From an uncultured Chromatiales bacterium (GTDB lineage Bacteria; Bacteroidota; Ignavibacteria; SZUA-365), in NCBI GenBank assembly GCA_964371045.1, contig CAYJMN010000015.1, positions 1,989 through 65,988 of the forward strand: 64,000 nt of DNA. Reading direction: 5' to 3'. The number at the start of each line of letters is the position of its first letter. Positions within the stretch are counted from its first letter, which is position 1. Positions 26,752 to 36,671 of the stretch are shown here, one piece after another. The notes beneath the pieces are model-generated. The model did not search any database. It saw only the letters and a program-made list of their open reading frames with translations, and was not told the DNA's origin. The position numbers and the translations under genes were made by a program.

Positions 26752-28530
26752 TTGGCCTCCCGCGGAACCATATCGCACAGGCGCCGCCTGACAGTGCTAT
26801 CGTCCCTTCTCGGGGCGATAGTGTTTTTACCGGGCTGTCTCTCGTTGATCGCAACGGTGCGCGTTCCCGCGGATGTGCCGCTGGATCATGAATTCTCCGT
26901 GGTCGTAGACGGATCCGTCGTGGGTCACGGCGGAGGTATCGCCGCGCTTGTGGTGCAGTATCCAGAGGAATTCGAACTTGTGGGCGCGTATTATGCAGGC
27001 GATATGGCCAAGCGCGCACTGCGGCGCCACACCATCATCGGGAAGAGGTTCAAAGCCGAAGCCGGACAAGTCGTCGCAGCGCTGGCCGATTCTCTTCCGC
27101 CATCGCGTTTCAACGACGCGGCGCTGCGGGTATTTCTTCGGTTCGTTCCGAAGAAAACCGGGTCTTTCACTCTTAAGTTTGCGTGCGGGGTCGTCGCGGA
27201 GGACCGCGGCCGACTCGCATGGAAAACCACCGATCCAACCGGCATCCTCGATTTCGCGGATATCGCGGACGAACGCTACACTCGGCCGGTGCGCGTGCTG
27301 TATCCGGAACGGAACGGCACCGCCTCGATCGCTCTCTCGGGGAAGCGCGAGTACCTGCTGTTTCCCGACAGCGGATTATTTCAACTGTCGCTCTCCCGCG
27401 ATTTTTCCGTCGAGAGTTGGTGCCGAACCGTGTCGACGGAGGTTCCGCTGCTCAGTACGCGGAGCGACGATTTTCACGGTGCGCATCCTTTCGATCTGTC
27501 CGTCAACGCATGGGGTGAGGCCGAACTGCGATGCGCAGACGGTCGGAGGACATATCGAAGCGGCAGGGGAACGTTCATCGCGGATGGAATCTGGCATCAT
27601 CTGGCGGCAAGTTATTGCGCCGACAGTCTCCGCTACGAATTGTTCATCGACGGAGTCCCGGCGGACACGCTGTATCTCCCCGCGTCGATGAGGGAAGTGA
27701 CGGCCGGAGAACTTCTTCTCGGAACCACGCGGGCGCGCCGGCAATTCGCTGAAGCGGAGTTCGACGAACTGCGTCTCTGGGAGAATTGCCGGAACGAGCA
27801 AGAGGTCGATTACTACAAGGATCTGCCGCTCAGCGGATACGAATCCAATCTTTACGCCTTGTTTTCCTTCGATGCCGGCAGCGACGGAATGATCCCCGGG
27901 CTGTCGCAGATCGAGGGCCTTGTCGCATACGCGTACAATCGTCCGCGGCTCGTGGTCTCCACCACGCCGCTGCGGCTTGAACTCCTGGCGTTCAACGCGG
28001 CGATGATGGACGATTCGGTACGGATGAACTGGGAAACCTACGACGAAAGCAAAGTGCGGATTTACGAAGTGGAGAAGCGGACCGAGTCCGGACGCTACAG
28101 CGTGTTTCAACAGATCCAGCCGGAGAGGAATCCCTCACGGCACCAGGTATACATGGTGGCGGATTCGTGGGACGGAAAGATGATCGCGTACTACAGGTTG
28201 CGGAAAATCAATATGGACGGCACGGTGATATTTTCCGCGGAGACACCGATCGGCACGGAGAGTCTTTTGAATTTTACGCTTGAGGACAACAGCCCCAATC
28301 CATTTACGGACAGCACCGTGATCGGATACACGATTTCGAAGCGCACCAGGGTGGATCTCGCGGTATACGACATGATGGGCCGCGAGGTGAGCGTGCTTGT
28401 GGCCGAACGTCAGGAGCCGGGGACGCACAGCGCGACCTTTGTTGCGGGCGATTTGCCGGGCGGCATGTATTTTTATAAAATGCGCACCGGCTCTGGTTCT
28501 CAAACAAAAAAGATGTATCTTGCGCGGTGA
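26752..28530 (+). CDS. LamG-like jellyroll protein with T9SS type A C-terminal sorting domain
   Basis: FSVESW...DGIWHHLAASY...LFIDG...FDELRLW (LamG); NSPNPFTDSTVIGY...YDMMGREV...GMYFYKM...KKMYLAR (CTD). Confidence 0.85.
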   Translation: MASRGTISHRRRLTVLSSLLGAIVFLPGCLSLIATVRVPADVPLDHEFSVVVDGSVVGHGGGIAALVVQYPEEFELVGAYYAGDMAKRALRRHTIIGKRFKAEAGQVVAALADSLPPSRFNDAALRVFLRFVPKKTGSFTLKFACGVVAEDRGRLAWKTTDPTGILDFADIADERYTRPVRVLYPERNGTASIALSGKREYLLFPDSGLFQLSLSRDFSVESWCRTVSTEVPLLSTRSDDFHGAHPFDLSVNAWGEAELRCADGRRTYRSGRGTFIADGIWHHLAASYCADSLRYELFIDGVPADTLYLPASMREVTAGELLLGTTRARRQFAEAEFDELRLWENCRNEQEVDYYKDLPLSGYESNLYALFSFDAGSDGMIPGLSQIEGLVAYAYNRPRLVVSTTPLRLELLAFNAAMMDDSVRMNWETYDESKVRIYEVEKRTESGRYSVFQQIQPERNPSRHQVYMVADSWDGKMIAYYRLRKINMDGTVIFSAETPIGTESLLNFTLEDNSPNPFTDSTVIGYTISKRTRVDLAVYDMMGREVSVLVAERQEPGTHSATFVAGDLPGGMYFYKMRTGSGSQTKKMYLAR

Positions 28531-28595
28531 TAAAACCGGGAAATCGCGCGTCGCGAACGTGCATCCGGGCAGGAATCAGGACTCGGATTGTTCGC

Positions 28596-28624
28596 TTGAC
28601 ATTAGCGCCATCCTTGTTTAGATT
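28596..28624 (+). promoter_or_regulatory. Sigma-70-type promoter candidate
   Basis: TTGACA (28596-28601), a 17-bp spacer and TAGATT (28619-28624), upstream of the 28832 gene. Confidence 0.5.
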
Positions 28625-28831
28625 GTCATTATCTTTAATGTGAGAAGAAGATTATCAACGGTTAAAGAACCAGACGCATCCGGGATAGATTGACCTGTCG
28701 CAGTTTCACGGTCGACAAACAGTGTGTCACAATGGATCCCCCCACTGCTCACTTATCTCCACATTCACTACAGACAATACATGAACCATATCATCACTTT
28801 TTTTTATTCCCCAACTGCTAGGAGGTATTTC

Positions 28832-31800
28832 ATGAGGAAGTTGACTCTTCTTTCTGTGGTATTTCTGCTCGGCACTCTGCTTGCGCAGGTGGGGTACGCC
28901 AACGGTACTTACAAGTACACGAGCAAACCCCATCTTCCGGTTGTGAGCGCTCAGACCACGCTGGATGCGATTTACGTTCCCGTGAACGTTCCGGTCGCGG
29001 ATGTGCGTGTGGCTCTGTACATCAAGGCCGTGATGTACTCCTCACTTCGTATCACGCTCACTTCACCGCGTGGCAGGCAGGTTGTGCTCAAACAGGAAAG
29101 CGCCAGCACTACAACTCCGCTGTACGGCTCGCTCGGCGCGCCCAACTCCCTCGTCCTGTTTATCCAGGGCGGCAATCCGTTAGGCGCACAGCCCAACAAC
29201 ATTCCGATCAATCCGGCAACCCCGCTCGCATCGCTCAATGGCGATCTTTCCAGCGGGTACTGGACTCTGCGCGTCGTGGACGAGCGCAATCCGAATGCCG
29301 TTCTTCCTCAGGAGGGTTTCCTCGAGCAATGGCAGCTTCTTTTCAATCGCCAGGTGGTTGAACCGGTACAGCCGTTCAATCCCCCGATCAACTATCTCAA
29401 ACCTGGCGGTGCGACATTGTACGGCCAGCTCAACGGTTCGGCCGCCTCCTCGACGAACCCGTACCGTGCGCAAATTCCGAACGAACAGTTTGGCGCGTTG
29501 CTGTGCAATCCCGCCCCCAACGATCCCAATGTGGTCATGGGTCTCAACGGCGACGCTTTCCCGATCGCGATTACCGGTCATCCCGGCGCGCTCATCGGGA
29601 CCGTAGCCAATGGGTATCCCACCGGACGCTTCCGTATCACCATTACCGTCGAAACGCAGTATTTCCCCGGTTCGCCCTATCTTCCCGGCCTGACCGAGGA
29701 CATCGCCATTTATTTCGGCAAGGTTCCGGATGCACTGTACACGCCGCCGCTTCCCGCACCGCCGGCGCCGCCCAGTCCTGCGTTCCAGGCTAAAACCCCC
29801 TCCGGTTGGCCGACAGGCGCCGGTACCGTCAATACGCTTCAGGGCGGATCCAGCGGTCTGTGGGGCGGCATCCGTCTCACCAACTGTCTGTCCCCCGTTC
29901 CAGGCGTCGATGATGGCGGGTATGATCGCGTCACTTTCGATGATTACGCGTTCGATCAGATCGCGAACAATTTGCCCGCCGGTCCCAGCGGTGGTTTCGC
30001 AGGCAACTACAAGCCGCTTCAGCCGCTGAGTTCCCTCAATGGACTCCCGGTTGATGGTCTGTATTACGTGTCGGTCTACGATTGCTTTGGTGACGCCCAG
30101 GCCGGATTCGGACACATCCGCATCACCTATCTGAACCTTGAATACATCGTCGGCGGCGGCGAGATTTCCGATCCTGTCCGCCATCAGGGCTTTGTGAACA
30201 CGCTTCTTGGCGTTCCCATACCGGGCACCATCACTGGTGCGCCGCTTGGATATCTCACTGATGTGGTCGGCCCCGTGCCTCCGTATCATGAGAATGCCAA
30301 GGATCAGGATCCCATCCTCGTGTTCTGGGCCACACAGAAAATGTATCCGAAGGATGCCGTGGGTACCGAGCGTATCCAGGCTGTCAATCGCAGCAACGTG
30401 GCTGTTCCCGCCGCCACGCATTATCATGGTCCGTATGCCTATCCGGGTGCACTGGACACGAATCCGGCTGTCGCAGGTTCTCTTGTGAATGCCGACGTGC
30501 TGGTCATTCCCAATGGCGACTACAGACTTCGCCTCAACATGATCCAGCCGCGTTACGACGACGATTTGACGGATAATGAATTCAACTCCAAGGAAATCAA
30601 CGTCAATCCCATATCCCTGTCGTATTACGGCGATCAAATTCCCTTCTGGAACAAATTCGTTGATCCCGCGCGAGCAAATTTGACCGCGTCGTTCAACATC
30701 ACTCCGGGAACCGGTGTGTCCCAGTCCTTCACATTGTTCAAATACCCGAGCACGCGCGTCACCAGCGTCGATTACAAGTTCGACGGACAGACGGTGGCAA
30801 ACCCGCGCGGCAACGTCCGTATCTCGGTATGGCGCGTAAACGGCGTGACCGGGTACACCGGGGCGCCCGCCACACTCGCGGCGCGTTCGCTCACGGTTGG
30901 TGTCAATGCCTATGTGGGTCTCGGCAACTGGCGTACCTTCCCGATCTATCCGGTTGACGGCAACGGCAATCCCGATGTCAACGCCGGGGGATCGGTTGCT
31001 CTCACACCGGGCACCTACGTGTTCTGCCTCGATAATGTGGACGCAACGAATGTCGTCGCGATTTATCCGTACAGCTACAGTGTGATTCCGTCACTGGACG
31101 ACAGGAACTGGAGTTATCTCTTCGGCGACAATTTCGGTCCTCTCGGTCCGTTCAATCCGCTTGGCACTCGTATGGGTTATTACAACGGTACCGTTGGCAA
31201 TCCCCCGACCTTCGCGTGGGGTGCCACCACCGGCGACAACATGTCCAACTGCACATTGCCGATGCGCGTGAACATGGCCGAACTCAACGATTTCGGTGTG
31301 AATTTCGTCCGTTTCTCGAGCCAGACCTCGCCGACGGAAGCGGTAACCATCGGTATGCCTGTGACGCCCTCCGTGAACGTTTCGTCATATTCGTCGCAGG
31401 GCGGGTTGATGAAAGATTTCAATATCTATCTGGGCATTTACGACGCAGGCAACAATCTTCTGTACAGCGACATGGTCAACGTAGCCAACGCGCCGTATTT
31501 CGGCATCGGCGGCTACCAGACCCTGACTGTCAACATGGATACCTGGACGCCGATGACCGGTGGCGAGTTCACCATCAAGGCGTACTTCACACGTAATCCC
31601 GACGATCAGAATCCGATCAACGACAGGATCGAATACGTGGTGTGGTTCCAGAATCAGCCGGTGATCGCATTCGACAACGATGTGGATCGCAAGCTGCTCA
31701 ACGATGCGGTGGACAACATCCGCTCCATCGGTCAGGAACCGACGCTCGTCGATCTGAGCCAGTCCAATCTGAAAGCATTCCAGACCAGCACGATTTACTT

Positions 31801-32584
31801 CGTCGGCGCATTGAATACCGATGCGCAGGCGCAGTTGTCCGATGCGATCGCCCGCGGTAATGACGTTGCGTTCGTTTACGATCGCAGCGCGAAGCTGGGT
31901 CCGACGATTCGGAATATCGATCGCCTCTACGGCATCGAACGTGCTCGTCCGGTCGATTACGCCAACGTCAACGTTGCTGCAACGATCACCGCGATCGGCG
32001 AAAGCGACGAAGGCGTGCGCGGAATCGAGGTTCCGGAATTCACTTCCAAGGAAGAGTTGCTCAAGTACATCGCCTCTCAGGAAATGAAGCCCGACGTTCC
32101 CGCAGCGACCTCGATGCGCAAGAACGGCGAGCCCAACTCCGCATTCACGAACTCCCTGCCGATCGCGCTCCGCTCGAATTACGGCCAGGTGCGTTTCCTG
32201 AGTGATGAGAGAGGCAGCATCGGCATCATCTACACCATCCCTGCAAACCGCAGGGCTGGTACGATCATCGCCGACAAGGTGCTGCCGGGTGCGTTCGCCC
32301 TCGAGCAGAACTATCCGAATCCGTTCAACCCGACGACGGCTGTTTCCTACACGCTGCCCGAAGCCAGTGTCGTGACGCTCCGCGTTCTCGACCTGCTCGG
32401 TCGTGAAGTTGCTGTTCTCGTCAGCGAGAGCCAGAATGCAGGCACGTATACCGTCAGCTTCAAGGGTCTCGATAAGAACGGCAAGGAACTGACCTCCGGT
32501 ACGTATCTCTATCGTCTCGAAGCAGCCCCGTCCAACGGCGGTGCGATGTTCACGAGCACGAAAAAGATGCTTCTCTCCAAGTAA
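28832..32584 (+). CDS. Large T9SS-secreted protein with two proprotein-convertase P-domain-like repeats, CARDB-like segments and a FlgD-Ig/CTD
   Basis: GGAGG RBS and ATG at 28832; signal peptide; LRITLTSPRG...LASLNGDLSSGYWTLRVVD and LSSLNGLPVDGLYYVSVYD; NPDDQNPINDR; QNYPNPFNPTT...TKKMLLSK. Confidence 0.82.
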   Translation: MRKLTLLSVVFLLGTLLAQVGYANGTYKYTSKPHLPVVSAQTTLDAIYVPVNVPVADVRVALYIKAVMYSSLRITLTSPRGRQVVLKQESASTTTPLYGSLGAPNSLVLFIQGGNPLGAQPNNIPINPATPLASLNGDLSSGYWTLRVVDERNPNAVLPQEGFLEQWQLLFNRQVVEPVQPFNPPINYLKPGGATLYGQLNGSAASSTNPYRAQIPNEQFGALLCNPAPNDPNVVMGLNGDAFPIAITGHPGALIGTVANGYPTGRFRITITVETQYFPGSPYLPGLTEDIAIYFGKVPDALYTPPLPAPPAPPSPAFQAKTPSGWPTGAGTVNTLQGGSSGLWGGIRLTNCLSPVPGVDDGGYDRVTFDDYAFDQIANNLPAGPSGGFAGNYKPLQPLSSLNGLPVDGLYYVSVYDCFGDAQAGFGHIRITYLNLEYIVGGGEISDPVRHQGFVNTLLGVPIPGTITGAPLGYLTDVVGPVPPYHENAKDQDPILVFWATQKMYPKDAVGTERIQAVNRSNVAVPAATHYHGPYAYPGALDTNPAVAGSLVNADVLVIPNGDYRLRLNMIQPRYDDDLTDNEFNSKEINVNPISLSYYGDQIPFWNKFVDPARANLTASFNITPGTGVSQSFTLFKYPSTRVTSVDYKFDGQTVANPRGNVRISVWRVNGVTGYTGAPATLAARSLTVGVNAYVGLGNWRTFPIYPVDGNGNPDVNAGGSVALTPGTYVFCLDNVDATNVVAIYPYSYSVIPSLDDRNWSYLFGDNFGPLGPFNPLGTRMGYYNGTVGNPPTFAWGATTGDNMSNCTLPMRVNMAELNDFGVNFVRFSSQTSPTEAVTIGMPVTPSVNVSSYSSQGGLMKDFNIYLGIYDAGNNLLYSDMVNVANAPYFGIGGYQTLTVNMDTWTPMTGGEFTIKAYFTRNPDDQNPINDRIEYVVWFQNQPVIAFDNDVDRKLLNDAVDNIRSIGQEPTLVDLSQSNLKAFQTSTIYFVGALNTDAQAQLSDAIARGNDVAFVYDRSAKLGPTIRNIDRLYGIERARPVDYANVNVAATITAIGESDEGVRGIEVPEFTSKEELLKYIASQEMKPDVPAATSMRKNGEPNSAFTNSLPIALRSNYGQVRFLSDERGSIGIIYTIPANRRAGTIIADKVLPGAFALEQNYPNPFNPTTAVSYTLPEASVVTLRVLDLLGREVAVLVSESQNAGTYTVSFKGLDKNGKELTSGTYLYRLEAAPSNGGAMFTSTKKMLLSK

Positions 32585-32616
32585 GCGCTGGTTTCCACGC
32601 CGAAAGGATAATTTCG

Positions 32617-32656
32617 GAAACGGGCGTCCCTTTTCAGGGGCGCCCGTTTCATTTTG
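32617..32656 (+). terminator. Rho-independent terminator
   Basis: gaaacgggcgtccc-ttttca-ggggcgcccgtttc followed by ATTTTG, just after the 28832 gene. Confidence 0.8.
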
Positions 32657-32733
32657 CGTGAACGAGCCCGCTCGGAAGTTTCCGCTGGAATTCGTATACT
32701 TCCCTTCTGTTCAATCAAGCATCGAGTGTTATC

Positions 32734-33957
32734 ATGCGTTCCGGAATCCTGTATGCTATCGTCGCCTTACTGTTCGCAGGAACCTTGCAGACCGTCGCGC
32801 AACAGGATACCTGCCAGCCGCGCATGTACTACAACCCCGCGGCGCCGACGGTGGTTTTTCTCGCACCGATGCCTACTCCGTGGTTCGGCATCCGCATGTC
32901 CACTGAATGGGTATCTACGGTCGACAGCGCGTATTTCGGATTCGGAATCAATCGACCGATACCAAGCACCAAACGCGATACGCTCGAGGTCCGTGTCCTG
33001 GGCAATACTCTGCCTTCTCTTACGGTTCTGGATCTCGTCGATTTTTTAATCGTCCCTAATCTCAGCGGACAGTTTGCCGACGGGTATTATATCGCGGAAT
33101 TTTTCTTTGATTCACCTTCCGCGATGATTAATCCGCCCTCCGATTTCTGGCTGAGCTGGCGGCTCAAGGGTCCCGTCACGGACCAGGCCCGGATTATGGT
33201 CAAGAAACCTGCGATCGAGCCGCTGCGCTCGGTGATCATCAATCCAAACGGGAGCACGACGCTTGCGACCAACTTCATGCGGACGCAACTTGGACTCACG
33301 GCAACCGATTCAGTGGATTTCGTGGCCGAGGCGCGGCTGTGCTATCCATTCGGTACGCCGGTGGAACTCACCTCGCTGCATGCCGTGTGGCGGAACAGCA
33401 TGGTCTCGCTCAACTGGGAAACGGCCACGGAAACGAACAATTACGGCTTTGAAGTTCTCCGTCAAATTCCTTCCGATCAGGGCATGGTGAAGTTGTGGGA
33501 GCGCCTGGCATTCGTCCAGGGCAACGGTACCAGCGTTCAGCCGCATTCATACCAATTCACCGATCCCGCTCCGGAAACAGCCGCTGACGCCGAGGGAGTG
33601 ATTCGCTACAAGCTGCGTCAGCTTGACTATGACGGCGCCTCTGAAATGTCTCATATCGTGGAAGCGCACATGATCACGACGGAACCGGGATTCCTGCTCT
33701 ATCAGAGCTATCCGAATCCGGTTTCGATGCGCGATGGCTCCGCGGTGTTTGCCTTCAGCCTGCCGAATGAGCAGCATGCCCGTCTGGAAGTGTGCGATCC
33801 GCTGGGCAGAGTCGTGTTGGCACCGCTGGATGGCGTGTATGGAGCCGGAAGGCACGCTCTGGAAGCTTCTCTATCCGCTCTTCGACCCGGTACATGGTTC
33901 TACAGACTGCGCACAGACAGCGGCGTACTCGTTCGCAGGATGATTGTCACGGATTAG
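32734..33957 (+). CDS. T9SS-secreted protein (unknown N-domain, PVEL Ig/FN3-like domain, CTD)
   Basis: Signal peptide; TPVELTSL...LNWETATETNNYGFEV; QSYPNP...WFYRLRT...RRMIV. Confidence 0.82.
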   Translation: MRSGILYAIVALLFAGTLQTVAQQDTCQPRMYYNPAAPTVVFLAPMPTPWFGIRMSTEWVSTVDSAYFGFGINRPIPSTKRDTLEVRVLGNTLPSLTVLDLVDFLIVPNLSGQFADGYYIAEFFFDSPSAMINPPSDFWLSWRLKGPVTDQARIMVKKPAIEPLRSVIINPNGSTTLATNFMRTQLGLTATDSVDFVAEARLCYPFGTPVELTSLHAVWRNSMVSLNWETATETNNYGFEVLRQIPSDQGMVKLWERLAFVQGNGTSVQPHSYQFTDPAPETAADAEGVIRYKLRQLDYDGASEMSHIVEAHMITTEPGFLLYQSYPNPVSMRDGSAVFAFSLPNEQHARLEVCDPLGRVVLAPLDGVYGAGRHALEASLSALRPGTWFYRLRTDSGVLVRRMIVTD

Positions 33958-33976
33958 CCGCGCCACGGTGGCGGCG

Positions 33977-35803
33977 ATGACCCCCGCAGGCAAGAAATCC
34001 AGGCGGCCCGCAAGATCAGGCCGTGTTGCGATATTCATCGGAGCGATCCTGCTTATCGCACTGGCATCGCGTCTGCTGTTCCTGTCGACGCTCTCGGATA
34101 CCCCGTTTTTCTCCAGACATTTTTCCGACTCGAAGATTTACGTCGATCTTGCCCATCGCTTTCTTTCCGGAGAGGGAAGCGGACGCGCGTGGTTCATGTC
34201 GCCGCTGTATCCTTGGATCTTGTCCCTCGTGATGCGGCTCACAGGCGATTTCGAACTCTGGATTCGCGTTCTGCAGGTGGTGCTGGGCTGTGTTACCGTG
34301 TTTCTGGTCTGGCGGATCGGTACTCTGCTCTTTGATCGATGGACGGGTCTCGTCGCCGCGCTGCTCACAGCCGTATCCATTCAGCTCGTGTACTATGACA
34401 GCTTTATTCTCATGGATTCGCTGCTGACATGTTTCACGACGGCAGGTCTGTATTTTCTTCTCATGGCGGCGATACATGAGAGGCCGCGGGATTGGATACT
34501 GTCGGGCATAATCTTCGGGCTCGCCGTCGTAAGTCGAAGTTCGATTATCGCGTTCCTGCCCATGGTGTGGATCGCGTGGATGTTTCGCGCGAAGGATGGT
34601 CCAATCAATTTTCGGGGACCGGCGATCTGGTCGGTCTCGTTGCTTGTCATTCTCCTGCCCACCGCTATACACAACTATTCCGCGGAAGGAATTTTTCAAC
34701 CCGTAACCTCTTCATTCGGCTTTAATCTTTATGCCGGAAATAACGAGGGATCCGCCGGGCTGTACCATCTGCCCGACCCCGTCGACCTTTACACGGATCC
34801 GAATGGACATGGATACACGGAACGTATGACGGGGAAGGAATTAAATTCCGCGGAAGTATCCTCCTGGTGGCGCGACAAGGCGCTGAAGTGGATCTCGTCA
34901 CATCCCGGTGATGCCGCGCTACTATTTCTGCGGAAGATCCTGCTCGTGTTTCATCCCGGAGACATCGACCAAATCGGTCTGAGTATGGAGTTTTTCGAAC
35001 AGCGCTACGGGCCGATTCCTGCATTGCCGTTGATCGCGTTTCCGCTCATCCTGATTCTGGCCGGTGTGGGATTCGCGACAGGGAAAGGGAAACCCGACTG
35101 GCCACTCAGTCTGTTTGTCCTTTCCTATGCGCTGTCGACGGCCGTGTTTTTTGTGAGCGGCCGACTGCGGCTTCCCTTGCTCCCGATACTCCACGTGTAT
35201 GCGGCGGCAGGTGGTACCGCCCTCGTGGTCATGATGCGCGAGAAGGCAACGGTTGGAAGATGGCTGTCCATCGGCCTGAGCCTCGGGGCGACCGTGCTTG
35301 TCCTCCTCGTCCAGCCGGCGGTCGATCAGCGTTTCGAGCAGGAATATCTGAAGCTGGGACAGGTTGCGTTCGAGACCGGCGATTATCCGGAAGCCGCGAG
35401 CATGTTCACGCAATCGCTGGAAGAACGCCCCACACTCGATGGCCACATTAATCTCGGAAACGCGTATGCGGCGCAAGGTAAGTTTCCCGATGCTTCGACC
35501 GCATACCGTCAGGCGCTGGCGCTGGATTCGACCTCCGCTCTCGCCTGGTTCAATTACGGCAATATGTGGATGCAGCGCAGCGATGCGCCCCGGGCGCATG
35601 CCTGCTGGACCCGTGCGGTACGGTTCAATCCCCGCCTCGCCGCCGCCCGCAGAAATCTTGGCATCCTTTTCATGCAAGCTGGACGCCTTGCCGATGCCGA
35701 GGCGCAGTTCGTCGCATATCTCGCTATTGAGCGCGATCCGGAAATGCGCGCGGTGGTCCAGCATGACCTGAATACGATTCGACGGATGCTGGGGTCGCAA
35801 TAG
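33977..35803 (+). CDS. GT-C fold (family 39/ArnT/PMT-like) glycosyltransferase with C-terminal TPR repeats
   Basis: FMSPLYPWILS, many TM segments, SGRLRLP, then TPRs (HINLGNAYAAQG, WFNYGN, RRNLGILF). Confidence 0.82.
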   Translation: MTPAGKKSRRPARSGRVAIFIGAILLIALASRLLFLSTLSDTPFFSRHFSDSKIYVDLAHRFLSGEGSGRAWFMSPLYPWILSLVMRLTGDFELWIRVLQVVLGCVTVFLVWRIGTLLFDRWTGLVAALLTAVSIQLVYYDSFILMDSLLTCFTTAGLYFLLMAAIHERPRDWILSGIIFGLAVVSRSSIIAFLPMVWIAWMFRAKDGPINFRGPAIWSVSLLVILLPTAIHNYSAEGIFQPVTSSFGFNLYAGNNEGSAGLYHLPDPVDLYTDPNGHGYTERMTGKELNSAEVSSWWRDKALKWISSHPGDAALLFLRKILLVFHPGDIDQIGLSMEFFEQRYGPIPALPLIAFPLILILAGVGFATGKGKPDWPLSLFVLSYALSTAVFFVSGRLRLPLLPILHVYAAAGGTALVVMMREKATVGRWLSIGLSLGATVLVLLVQPAVDQRFEQEYLKLGQVAFETGDYPEAASMFTQSLEERPTLDGHINLGNAYAAQGKFPDASTAYRQALALDSTSALAWFNYGNMWMQRSDAPRAHACWTRAVRFNPRLAAARRNLGILFMQAGRLADAEAQFVAYLAIERDPEMRAVVQHDLNTIRRMLGSQ

Positions 35804-36039
35804 TCATAACGGGGACTCACAATCCTGAATTGCGGATGTTGCGATTTGTGGATTGACGAACGACATTGCGTTCGCCTCGCCAAAACCATTGCGCGGACGC
35901 GACGATCGAAAAGAGTCGCAAGCGGCCCAGGCGGGAGGGATGAAGAAGTCGGGCCGTTCCCGATTCTCCTTCCCGGGTCCCGATTTTGGATTGCGGAATT
36001 ACAACGCGGGATTTCCACGAAATACACGAAAGGGAACAG

Positions 36040-36071
36040 AAACGAAACAGCCCCGCTGATGGCAGGGCTGT
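36040..36071 (-). terminator. Terminator-like hairpin downstream of the CBS gene
   Basis: acagccc / gggctgt stem followed on the minus strand by TTCGTTT. Confidence 0.5.
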
Positions 36072-36096
36072 GCTTTTCTGTTCAAGCTCGGAGTGT

Positions 36097-36648
36097 TCAG
36101 AGCGATTCTTTTTCCAGCAGATCCTCGTTCACGGAAGGCGCCGGTTCGTCTTCGTGAATCGCCAGGCGATGAGGCGGGAGATTCAGAACTTCGTCGGCGA
36201 AATGCTGCACGAGATACGACACGATATCCTTTACGGAAACGATGCCCGTAGGTTCGAACAGATCGTTGACGATGGGGATGTGTCTGTAGCCGCCAAGATC
36301 CATGAAATTCAAGGCATAGGCAATGGTGTCGTCTTCGTTGAGCGCCTGCGGATTGATTGTCATGATCTCGCTCAGCGGTGTGCTGCGCAGGTCGAAATTC
36401 GAGCCGACGATTTTTTTCAGAACGTCGCGCTCAGTGAAAACGCCGAGCAGTTTCCTGTGACTGACCACGAGTACGCAACCGATACGGCGCGTTTGCATGA
36501 GCTGTATGGCGTCAGCCACAGATGTGTCGATCGACGCCGTGACGGCCGGTTTCATCAGACTCCTGAGAGGGCGTCGAAGGTCACTGACCTCGAGTGCGGG
36601 GATGGTGTGTTCCTCTTGTTCCGCTTGGTAATCCGAACTGTTGTCCAT
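36097..36648 (-). CDS. CBS domain protein
   Basis: Paired CBS motifs: IGCVLVV...LLGVFTERDVL and YRHIPIV...GIVSVKDIV. Confidence 0.9.
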   Translation of the reverse strand: MDNSSDYQAEQEEHTIPALEVSDLRRPLRSLMKPAVTASIDTSVADAIQLMQTRRIGCVLVVSHRKLLGVFTERDVLKKIVGSNFDLRSTPLSEIMTINPQALNEDDTIAYALNFMDLGGYRHIPIVNDLFEPTGIVSVKDIVSYLVQHFADEVLNLPPHRLAIHEDEPAPSVNEDLLEKESL

Positions 36649-36671
36649 GGTGTACCGTTCCTGGCGTGGTG

